Shown: one piece after another, positions 43,001 through 55,900 of the stretch
Position numbering within the stretch: the stretch's first letter is position 1
How the letters are laid out: every line of letters starts with the position of its first letter
NCBI GenBank assembly: GCA_030141605.1
Contig: JAQGDQ010002374.1
Location: 372,001 to 436,000 of the forward strand
Length of the DNA: 64,000 nucleotides
Reading direction: 5' to 3'
From: Tubiluchus corallicola
Lineage: Eukaryota; Animalia; Priapulida
Translations under genes and position numbers: made by a program
The notes under the pieces: generated by a model
Database searches by the model: none
Seen by the model: only the letters and a program-made list of their open reading frames with translations
Told to the model about the DNA's origin: nothing

Positions 43001-46000
43001 CTGATTGATAGGTACCTACAGTGCACTCTATAGCTGCAGCTTAAATCACTTCAAATCATTTTTATCAGCATATGGTCAAGCACGTGCTAATTAGCCAAAT
43101 ATCATCAACTTAGGTTATCACGATATGAGCGCATTTTGGTGATACGCATATTGTGATAAAAGATATCACAATGCATCGATGTATCATTACAGGCCTAGAA
43201 ACAATCCCAGCATTTTTAAACCAAACTGTGACCCGATTCCCTACTTTAGATGTCTACATGGCAAGTTTCATGCCTCTATGACTTTATTAAATGCTATGTG
43301 CATGCAGGTGGCTAAAACTGGATGCCTAACAAAATAAGAATAAGAAATCAGTGTACGGCTTCTCCTACATTGGTGATGACTATGGATAAAAATGAACCGA
43401 CAAAGTTATGAAACGAAAAATGGAAGAAGAAAGGGTCGGTCGACTGTGATGTAAAATAATCCTACTTGTTCTAGCCATTCTCGGTCATCGCAGTATTGTC
43501 TTACATTATTGGTATTACTTTACCAAAAATAGTATTAGAAGGTCATGGACACAAATTTGCACCAATAATGTGTTTACGCTTCGGCAGCGGTTAATAAGAT
43601 AAATAAACTTAAATGAAAAGTTTATTAATTTCAATGCAAATGTTCGAGCTCTTGAAAAACTCCTTAAATATTCAAGTCACAGAATATCATAATAACAAGC
43701 AAAAATCTTCAATATGAAAGAAAAAATGCTAATTGAATTAAGTTACCGCTTTTGTCATGATATCTCTCCAATAGCGATCCACTTTGGTAAATAACCGTCC
43801 TTCGTTCGGCATTTGAGCCAAAATGTCGGCAGAACTAAAGATAGGTTCCAAATACAACCATGTTGCCTGACACTAAAAAATGTTAAAATTAGGTAGCCTA
43901 TAAACTGTACCAAAGCTTCACTCTCTGTCACTGATTGCATCTAAAATATCACATTTACTGCCAAAACAATTCTTGCAATTTGTCTCAGTCAAATGTTGCA
44001 TTCACATTGCTCTGGAAAAATTAGCAATTGAAATTGTAGTTTCACTAAAGTGGAGTTTACCTGGCATCCAAAATGCATTATCCAACTGCAGAATAGCTGC
44101 GTACAAAAGTCAAAAGGAAATAGCTGCATAAAAAATAACGCATAACACACGTCTGATAAACAGGTGCATTGAAAATAATATAAATTGATTTTGTGTATTC
44201 CGGATGCTAGGCCGGTAAACAGCACTTTAGTGTAGGTGCCGTCAACTAAAAAAATAAATAATCCAGAGAGCTGTCTCTTATGTGTTATTATGATATTGTC
44301 ATTCTCCCATCAAGAATCAATAACAACACTAAAATGATCGCCCATTAGTTGGTTTCACACTTTCTCTTCTGAGACGGTGGCTATAACTGTCAAATTACTC
44401 TATTCTAAGGCTTCAACACCAAACCACTGACAGAAATTTCAAATAGAATGTTAGCATAATAGACTCATATACCATTCTGTTGTTTCACTACATAAAGTGA
44501 TAAGTTGTTGACAAAGCATGTCAGAGGCTATCTCACTGTTTCTCGAACCAGAAACCTCATTAGACTGCACAGTACCTAGAATAACTACTTCTTCCATAGA
44601 TAAAACAATACGGAAGAGAAACACATTAGTGAAACATATGAGCAACTGTACTTTCAGACAAATTTAGCAGGATATTTGAAATGCACATACAATTAGCCAT
44701 GATTCGATGGTTTCTTGGGCATATACCAGCTTCTTTTCCCATACATGAATGTCATCCTCAAAAGGTTTGATGTAGGGTGAGCCACGCATGGTTTGAACTT
44801 TTAAAATATGATCATCCAACAATGCTTGTATGTCGTCAACAGCAGTTAAGATGGATATGCCCTAAAAAATTTATAAATACTCTAACAATATAGCTGACAT
44901 ACATCTCATACATAAGAAGCTAGAAGAAGAAGAAAAAGAACAAGAAAAATGAAGAAGAGGAAACCTATACCCCTGAAGGAGCTCGACCAATTTTCTCCCC
45001 GCTCTTAAGACCATGTACTCATTTAGGGTTGAGTAAGCCTAGGATGGAAGTCCTGTTTATGGTTTGAAAAACACCGATGTGAGTAGAATTAGAAATCAAA
45101 TACCATTGAATTAGGGATATTAACGGTAATGATATGTATTGATAATTAGCGATTATTGTACTGATATGAAAAATTTGTTGTTATTGCTATCGTATCGATA
45201 TTGGGATATATCGTTGTTTATCGCTTACCTTTATAAAATCACATTTCTTTTCTATTTATTTACAATAACTAAGCAAAGAAGTGGATAAAGAATTATTTAA
45301 AATTATAAGCAAGTCAGACACTGAATCATTGTTACTGAAGTATACAGACCCCTTTATACACTTTGATACAGACGTACAGATGTCAAATACACTGTACTGT
45401 AGTTTTAGTATCACTAAATTTCCTTGTCATGTGCAGCTCGCATAGATAAATATATTTATCGCAGTAAAATGTTTATCTGTCGCAGTTTACTTATTTATAA
45501 TTATAATGAAAAACAAACATGTGTCATTTAAGTGTACAGCATTGAATGCACCAAAGCAGTTAATAATCTTAATTATTAATGACAATTTTTGCTACATAAA
45601 CTGTCAAACTTCAGAATTGGTTTTATCGTTCAAAATAATTTGAAAAACACAAAAAATATTTTTCAATTTGAAATGAATTTGTTGCTGATGTGCACTCCAT
45701 CATCCCTTTGTTTTACATGCCAGTTAGGGTGAGGAGAAAAGAGGGTAAAAAACCTGGTTTTCAACAAAGGCCTAGTACAGTAGTTGCTTTGTGACAGGAA
45801 CTGCTAAATTTACATGGGAGCACCAGGGTCTTTTTTGGGCAGAACTTGAATGAACTTTGTGAAAATATACATTAACGTTCTTATCTTAAAACCTGCTATG
45901 AGGAAATACTTGCAAATTAAACACTTTCAAATCAGGAAAGAAATACTTTACAAGCTGCGAAAAAAAATTAGCTAAAGAAACTTCTTATAAGCATAAAAGA

Positions 46001-49000
46001 AATCAAAATGCCCATTAAGCCTAAAAAAAGCAAGACCGTGATGCAAACTGGATAATTTTTTGTTTTATTGCCATGTGCTAAGTGTGCTTTTTACATTAGT
46101 ATGGCTGTTCTCCATTTATTGGTGATTAGCTGGCATTCTTCGGGCATTGAAATTTTTAATATGCAACAATAACGGATATGTTGCTCAAAAAGTGGCGGTT
46201 TTATCAATTCCACATAATCTGCTGTTTATCTGGTACAGCAAAGAATGTGATTCTTTAGTTTTAAATGTCCATCTTGAGGAAAACTATGAAATGTGCAAGC
46301 TGCCTATTGCATGGCTAACATAAAATAAAGTGAAGTAAATTTAGGGTACTGTTTCAAAATTGTCAGCAAAAGTAAGAATTATACATACTGTATCTCTGTA
46401 TGGAACAAACTGAAACAATATCTCATCCCAATCAGCCTTCATCTTATTCAGAGCTTTCTCCAAGCTATATTCTTTAGTAGCGGCTACTCCAATTTCCTCT
46501 AGCCTGAAATTCAAAAACTTAGCAAATCATTTGTTCGTTGTAAAGACAATAAAATTCTTGCAAACAGTGATTTACATAGACCTTTTCTAAGATATCAGCA
46601 AAAACCACTAAAACATCTGGAAATAAGTATTACAAATATTACACATAAAGGCTAATAATAATGCATTTAAAAAACTGGTATAGACTGAGTTGAAGTAGTT
46701 TTAAAATCTGTAGCAAAAATGTACAATGCACAAAATGCTTTTAGTAACTGTCCAAATGTAAGCCGGGGTTCATAAAAACCTGTTTTAAATACAACTACTC
46801 ACTTATCAATATATTTTGTCAGGCCAAAGTCTACTAGGTCGGCTAGTGAAGTATCGGCTTCAATAATCAGCTGAAAGCCAACAATGCGACTTATCTCTTT
46901 CCAGTGCCTGGCTTTTAGTCCTGCAAAAACAACGAAACTAAAAATAAGATTCTCGGTTTTGTGAAAGAAATTATCGTACAAAATTTGCATGTTGACTGCC
47001 CATGATATTCAAGCATTTGTCAGTCCGAGTTATTCTTACTGAACAAATTTTTCATTAATACAGCATGAGATTAGAAAAAGATTGGATAAAATATGTTGTA
47101 TTTCATATACTTACACCTTGTATGTTAGGTAAATTAAAGTATAATTCACAAATAGCTGAATGACTAATTAATTAAAGAAGGAAGCACTGAAAAACATCCA
47201 CACATTAACAAAAAATCAGGAAAATGACAAGGTTTACAAAGATAAGTATAATGAACTGAAGAAGGAAGCAATTAAAAATTGTGAGTCAGCCAGGACTAAA
47301 ACCCAGAAACTTATGTTATCCAGGTCACATTTTCTGTCATTTTACCTGTCAATTAAAGTAGCAAAGCAAATCCGAGATCACAGTCTAGCAGTATACAATC
47401 AATCAAGCCCCCTATTTGTCAATAAACACATATGCGGGTAAGTTCCCACACTGCTTACATCAACGTGCCGAAGTTTTAATCATGGTAAAAGAAAATAATG
47501 AGAATCCCTTGAAAATTATCACAATAACGTTACACAGATATTACGTATAATCTCATAGTCATAGTCATAGTCATACTAATAATATCAGGTCACTCCATTA
47601 GATTTTTCCAAAGATACTGAAGTCTTAAAACAACTAGACAAAAATAAATGCCGGAAAAAAATTTGCACTTGACTATTGTTACAGCAACTGTGCTAGGTGT
47701 CCACCATTTTCACTGTGAGCAAAGATGAAGGCACTTATTCTAATAGCTGTCACAGTTTCTCGCTTCTTTGAGGGGTATTTGATTTCAGCAGTCAACAATT
47801 TTTGCCTTCTGTACCTCAGTATCAAAGAGCATTGTACAGCCATCACATTCTTTCTCTGAGAATTTAAGATGCAGTAGTTCATAGGACCATGTTCCATTTT
47901 TTCTTGATAACAAATCTGTATCAGTGGTTTATTTTCTGTGGTGAAGACCATGATGCAAACTGTATAATTTTTTCTTTTATTGCCATGTGTTAAGTGTGCT
48001 TTTTACATTAGTAAGGCTGTTCTCATTTATTGGTGATTAGCTGGCATTCTTCGGGCATTGAGATTTTTAATATGCAAAAGTTTTTTGGTATTAACTTAAA
48101 AATTGCTAAAACTATAAATTTGTAACTTTCACAGCCAAAAACCAATCTAGCTGTGAAAGTAGAGCACTTGCATTTAACATTACTGCAGTCTAAACTTCTG
48201 TGCCATGTGATGCATTTCAGGAAAAAAGTGCACACCAATTAAGTAGCTCATTCTAGAACTAATTTTAAGTGTGACATGACTGACTTTCTAGATCTTTGTG
48301 TTGCAAAATTGCAAAGCCATTTTTGAAAACGGTAAGAAACACGAGAAGAATAAATTACCAGGATTGCAAACAATGGAGATCAGAGGTAAATTCAGCTTGA
48401 ACTTGTCCACTTTATTTTTGAGATTCTCCGCAAATCGACGAGGTGCTGGGTAGTCCGGAAACGACTTAATCAGCTTGTACGATGTGCGCACCATATCAGA
48501 TACCTCCTCTTCAATATCTTCAGCATTTAAATCGTTTAGACAACCTGCAAATAACTGCTTTTCAGACAAAGTTTGCACTACCTGTACATCATTATTGATT
48601 ATCCAATACTTTTGAGCTTTTGAGTGAACTTTCAAAGCTTTGTTGGAAATTGCTTCAAAATTGCAAAATGCTATAGTGGATAATATCCTTTGCTAATTAA
48701 TAATTGCTTCAAAATTGCATGTGAAGTAATAAAAACTGCAAATTTACAAATACAGTCCAGATAATACAAGTAGAGCCTTTAGTAGCTAGTATATACACGT
48801 GATTTTGATGCGTAAAGTTTCAGCTAAATGCATATCTAGACAGGTCAACCTGTATGTGGAAGTAAAAAAACAAAGGATTAGTTAATGAAATAATAACATG
48901 GGATAATGATAAATATATGCACTGATGTGCATGGGGGAAAGTAGTGAATGTATGATAAAATGGAGCAAGAAGTAAAAAAAAATGCATTTAGTATGACATA

Positions 49001-49875
49001 GAACAAATGATCGGCAAAAAATAATAATTAACTAGAAAATTCAAATTACACTGCTTTTTCAGAATTAAACCAATTAACATTTTCTTGCTGTCAACTGCTC
49101 AATGCTAACTATTAGCCATTATGTAAAGTGGTCCGCAAATGTGTTTCAAAAGATTTACTTCTCTATTTATTGTCTTAACGATTTTCTTTCACCAAGATTA
49201 CGCTGCTCACCATTTAACCACGTGTCACTCTTAATGTGAAACTGTAAAGCCGTCTTCCAGAGTTGTTCATATGGTTCCTTTAATGTGATGATTGTATTGA
49301 GAAGAGGATATTTGGTGATCTCCCAGTCCAGTAAGGTCTCCTCATTGTTTATCCAGTTAAGCTCTTTCTTAGCTGACTCTATCTCCTCAGTGATTTCATC
49401 AATTTTTTCAACGTTAGCTTTCATCTCATCAAGTCCCACCATCTAGCAATGATGCAAGATAATGCAAATCTTAAGATGAATCACAAAAGGGAGAAAAATA
49501 TTAAAATATCATTCTCTTTGAAGATAAATAGGATCAACGGACATATTAAATACAAGCAAGGTTTAATTTCTAAACACATATTTGTAACATTTGCGTATAA
49601 TATATATCTTTTGTATGCATTGTAGTCAATAATGAATTTTTCTGAGACCGCCACTCAAACTATAAAAAGGTAAACTAACCTAAAATGGCATTATGATACA
49701 TATTCTTCATGTAAAATAGTAGTAGTAGTAGTAGTTTATTCTCATATTTTATATATATTGTTGTACTGGTCATTTGCTTTGTGATGTAAATATTTATACG
49801 TATATACACAGATATATATGTATGTATATATGTGTATATATATATATATATATATGTAGTTATGTATATACATAC

Positions 49876-49913
<38 letters not shown>

Positions 49914-52900
49914 GTATCACAACTTAACTGGATCACAAAGCAAATGAACAGTACAACAATATGAGCGGTAAACATATCCACTTACGCGAACAACAAAGAA
50001 ATGCATTGTGCTCATTTACAATTGTTAGAAATTCAGAAACTTTATCAGCATCACTTAGAAGTGTGCACACGTTCACACTAAAATCAAAATTACATTCATT
50101 ACGAATCCAGTTAGTTTTAGTGCAATCAAAAATAAAATGTTTTTCATCTATCAAAACATGACAAAGATTGCATGAACCCTAGGGATGCCTCTCTTCCTTC
50201 TTAATTCAACCCTCAAATTGTGGAAACCTGCCCTTAATCATACAAGGTCTTTAGTAACTTTCGTAAAATTTGAATCACCCATTAAGTTCTGTGGCTTCTG
50301 TAAGTTTTCATTATTCATTAAGTAATAGATAAACCTTGTTTCTTAATTCATATTGTACATCCGTTATTCTGAACAAACCTCAATTTTTCTGAACGTATCA
50401 ATTTGTGCATCCAGGTCATTAAGCTTTTGTTCGAAGGCAGCCACTCTGTTGCGAAGGTTTTGTTCAGCCTGATCACGACGGAGTGCAAGCCGGCCTTTGC
50501 TGATGTCAAATATAGCTTTTATACGTTCCGGCCATAGCATGACGTTAGTATTCAAATTAATGTCTTCCACTAAAAGTTTAAACGAAACTTACATTAGCGG
50601 AATACACTTTTAAACATGTAATACATATGAAAAAGAATTAGAATGAATTTGTTTATTGTTAATCATCTGTTTCACTCAGGCTTTAGTCACACTTAAATAT
50701 ATACACACATAAATTAAAAGCTAAATTACAGTGCATAATTGTAAAAAACTGTGACTAAGGATAAAAAAGTACAACACTGAATATTGAATTTGTATGAATT
50801 TGTACCAGTACGAGCACATTTAATGCAGTGGCTTTTCGGAAGTTAATTCATCATGAGAAATTCCAATATTCAAGTCTCTGTTAACAAATTAAAAAATGTC
50901 CAGACAGCAAGTACAACTGATGATCCATTGTTGATGGGAGGACAAGTTTTCAACTGATTATGCTTCCTGCAATATCTGGAATTGTCTCAAAAACTGCAAA
51001 AAGATTTACAAATTTTCAACTCTCATTTCAGAAGTTCTGCATTGAACCAAGCCTACCAGATAGTATCGCATAATCCATCAGAAACATAAGCTTTTCTGCA
51101 GCTTTTTCAACAGAATCCTTCATCTGAAACACTGTCACACTTTTTGTCTATAATCACAAAAAATAGAAGATAGGTTTAGCTGACACACTCCAAATTAGCA
51201 AATCAGCTAAATTATTTTATGTTAAAAGCCACAAACTTAAATTATAGAAACAAATTTTACACATAAAGCATATGATTTAGACTTAACGGCTTTACTTAAT
51301 TAATAAAAAATGTTTATTGTAAATAACTAGCACTGCAAGATCAAGAAGCATGCAGAAAACAAATGATCAAAAATTATTTGATCACTTTACATCCAAAAAA
51401 TATTATTTCACAAACATCCCCCTTCCTGTTTTACACATATTCAGAAAAAAAATTAAACATGAGAACACAGTGTAGAATACATATCAACACATTCATAAAT
51501 AAGTATTTAATTATTTATGATCTTTTTTCCAAATTATCAGTCAAATTATCAGGCTTTAATTCAATCTTAATAGCTAGTTAATCAACCCAATCCAGCATTT
51601 CTAATTGTTAGTTTATTCACACTAGAGATATTACTAAGTAAGCATAACTGAGTTATGTAATTGTGGGTTCAATTGCTCACTAACTCTTTCGATGCGTACA
51701 AATATTTACCTGTCATCTGTGACGGGTCAAAGAAAAGGCTTATTAATCAATCCACTCTCCAAATTTAATAAACTTTGGAAAAAAATGACTAACATACAAG
51801 CAAATCATATAAGAACAAAACAAATATTTCTTCATTTTCAGCATATGAATAAGTTTTTATGAAACTGATGACGAAAAATTTTGCCTTACACTTCTACTGG
51901 TCACTCACCAGTGAACGTTGATTTGCCCTGCTGCGCTCACTAGCTCAGGCCGTTATTAGGTAACGTACCTTGGCGTGATTTTTGTTGCACCTGGGCATGT
52001 ATTCACAGAATGTAACAGCAGCTAGTGGTAAGCAGTACTGTAAGCAGATTTAGTGTTTCATTTGCGTAATGCGGGATTAAAGCACACTCAGAAGACATTA
52101 TCAGCGAAATGCAAACTCTTACATAATGCCACTTAATAGAGTGACGGTTAATAGACTCAATCGCTTAATTGAGTCAAAAACGCTTGGAACGGGCCGCTTC
52201 TATTCAAATATATATAAAAACTATCGGTAATTGAGTCAAATAACTCCGCATAATTGACTCAATATTTTTCCTTCACCTACTTAAAATAAGATATTTGTAT
52301 GTGCTCAAAAGAACTTGTATGTCATCTTTACTTCCCTTTTGTGTACTACGTATGCAGAAACAATCATGTTAAGTACCGTTTTGTTTGTAAGCAGGTATGT
52401 TTAACATGCGCTAAGAGGCTAGCGTAGCGGTTTTGCTTTGAATCTGTTACTGGCTCGCCCACTGTTACCCAAAGAAGTTCTGGAAGCTAAACATTTAATC
52501 ACTTGCTAAACGGTCTGCTTTTGATGCTCTCGTTGCAAATCACGCTTTCAGGCTTAATGAGTTAATAGTCAAAGATGCAGGTACAGCAATCAGCTGGTAT
52601 TTCTTGTGACTTACAAGACTAAACATCGTACAGCAAATAAGAGCAATGTTAGTGAGCAGATGACTCAGAACTGTTTTAGTCACACACAAAAACAGATTTT
52701 CAACGTTCTTAAAATTATGAGAACCTTGTGGACGACTTCATCATGAGAAAATAAAGCAGCCGACTTTGAAAGAATTTTTATAATTTTTGGAAATAAACAG
52801 ATTTAGAAAAGTATACTTTTTAATTTATTGCTAATTCACTTATGTAAATTAATATTTTGAAATGTTTTTTCTACTTTTTAACTGCACAAAGGAATTTAGG

Positions 52901-55900
52901 AATTAGTTCGTTTCTAAAATTCATTAAAGACCTTTGCAGCGCATAGTAAGCTGATGACTCATACTTCTATACCTGTAATACTACACCCATCGGTTAATGG
53001 GTTCAGTTGGCTAACTGGGTCGAAACACATCGGTCCCAAAGTGAGACTATTAAGCGGCGCCTACAGTATTTGGCACTGATGACAGTTGACAGTGGCTGGA
53101 GAAACAAAGTATATTCTACTGTAATTAGTATGGTGACATTTATTTGTGTCATATTATTATGTGGAAAAAATTTCTAGCATTCTGTGCCTTTTTTAAATTT
53201 GGAATGATTTCACACTTTTGATCAGATTAGCAGTTATAGTTACACTGGGCATATTGAGACAACAACCTGTTAGAAGCATGTAGTGTGATAATTTCTGTAC
53301 CTTTTACTTGCTAACAACAAGTACACTGTCAGACTTTAGTTTTCAACCACTGCAACATTCATTGCACCTAAAGAAATTCAGTGCCTGAATAAACCAGCAA
53401 GCAAATAAATGTGCACTATATATACATAGTTACTTATACTATGCGGAATGCTTGCTGTCACTTCAACAGCACACAGGCCCGTCGTTATAATTAGCTGCAG
53501 CAGAACAGGCAAGACTAACCAATAAAAAGTGTTTGGGTGTTACATTCCTGTACAAATTTTGTAATATCTTTGCACGTCTAAACAGCTGCCAAGTTTACAA
53601 AGTTAAAGTGATTTCAACACTTTTGCAAAATCTTGTTCAGAAAAAGAATGCTCTACAGTTTTTATGTTGAATACTTTGAGATATAGTAGGTGCCGCTTAA
53701 AAGATTCACTTTGGAATAGCAGCGTTTTGGCCCAATTAACTGACGGATTCAATTAGCCGACATGTATAGCCTAATACTACAATAGAAGTATGAGTCACGA
53801 CTCGTCACCTTAGTATGCATTGCGCAGGCTTTAAATGAATTTTAGAAACGAATTAATGCCAAAAAACCTATGTGCAATTATTATTTACAAATGCTAATTC
53901 CTATAAGTGAATTAATAAAAAAAGAAAATAAAAAAAATCACACAAATCAGATTATTATTGCTAAAAAAGATAAAAATTCATATTCATGCATCAAGTCGGT
54001 TGCTTGATTTCTTCACGAAGCAATTGGTTTATGAAACTCTCATAATGATAAAAAACGTGACTTATTTCAAGTACGCGAAATGGAAAATATTGAGTCAATT
54101 ACGCAGTCGTTTGAGTCAGTTACCGACAGTTTATATAAACGTTTGAATAGAAAAGAGATGTTTTTGAGTCAGTTGGGCAACCGAGTCTATTAGCCATGAG
54201 TCTGGTAAACGACGGATACTGTACACGGCATCACTTGGAAACTAGAAGCCTTTGGAACGAAAATTCTGCAAATTTTTTACAGACTTTTCATATCATCCCG
54301 TTAATTGTTCAATCAAATAAAAAATCTAAGCATTTTATTTACAGTGCTAGAAAGATTCTCTTTCAGAAAATATATTAGTTTTGTACTAGTTCCTCATGCA
54401 ATTGGGCAGCTATGGGCATTTTTACACTTACAAAAAATTATCTAACTAGTTAAAAAGTATTCCAATAAGTTTAGACTTAGAAAAGGTGCATTGCTTTGGT
54501 GAGTTATTGTGATTGATTTCACATTTGACTGACAGACAAGGGGCTGTGTGGTTTAATAGTAATAGCACTAGACATGTAAGATTAATGGTTCAAAGTCCAA
54601 CCGAATCCAAAACTTTTTAAAATTTAATAGTTGTAAAGTTATTTCGTCCTCAAGGAAAGTTTAATAAACGAAGCTTAATATTTACTTAAAAAGTTATTTT
54701 TTCTTAAAAAACAAAGAAAATGCCAAGACCTACATACCACACGTAAGAATTCCTCTAGCTGCACCAGTTCTTCTGTTGTATCAGGCACGTCATTTAAATG
54801 CTCAGAAATACTTTCATACTCTGAGCTGATCCTAAATTAATGCCACAATAATAAAAGTAATAAGTGGCACTTCTTTTAATATGATCGGAAAGTATAAACA
54901 AAAGTAACAGAACTACAACACAATCGCTCATACCTCATTAGTAGTACAGAGGGATTGTTCTGAGGAGTAATAATACTATGCAAATTTTGAAAGTTTCAAT
55001 TGCATTCCTGTATAATTACAAAGAAGCAAAATGAATATAATGACGAAGCGAACACTGTATAGACCTTTGCGAACTCTATAATTATTTTAAAAAGTATATA
55101 TACAATTACTGTTATCCAATTTCTAAACAAAATCACACCATTTTACAGAAAAAAGATGTTCCAGTAACTCATATATTCAACATTCTATAATCATATTATT
55201 GTTCTTGTAATAGCGTTTGGCTCCACATTTGTGGAACTTTAATTTACTTATAGTTTTAATTTCATACACGATGCTGTCAAAATTCACTGTGATGCCATGT
55301 TTCCTTTCACTCATTTCCTACAACACATCAATCTAGTGGATTCTAAAGGAAATAGTGGCGTAAGTTTTTGCTCTTAATATCAAAAGATCTGGAAGAAATG
55401 ACCTACAGTTCAATAGCCTACAGTCTATTCATGCATAAACGCACAACGTACTTGCGATTTAGTGCTCGGGTCTCCTCCACTATAAAAGCAATAAGTGCTT
55501 TTTTCATTTCCTGTGCTCGGTGTGCAAGCTCGTGGTTTACAGCTTGTGCATTTATACTAATGAGACTGAGCGGAACGTCAACTAGCAGAGTTATGATCTG
55601 ATATCTCAAGTTTTCATATGTAGTAATTTTCTATAATCAAAAAAGAGTAAGTAAGGCATTTGTAAGGCTAAAGTTTACAAGTCTCCATACATCAGAAACT
55701 AGTTTGTGAAGTGGATTAGGATCAGGGTTAGGAGTAGGGATAGGATTGGGTTAGGGTTAGGGTTAGGGATAGGATTGGATTAAGGTTAGTGTTAGGGTTA
55801 GGGTATTTAAATTATGTGGGGAATTGTAAACTCCTCTTGACACACTGAAATTCAAGACATTTGTAAGGCTAAAGTTTACAAGTCTCCATACATCAGAAAC

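Noticed and set aside
53074-53110. CTGATGA...GAAAC hammerhead-like motif
   Set aside because: Stem II is out of register and stems I and III are absent
54540-54610. tRNA-like A/B boxes
   Set aside because: No cloverleaf can be formed; at most a decayed SINE head
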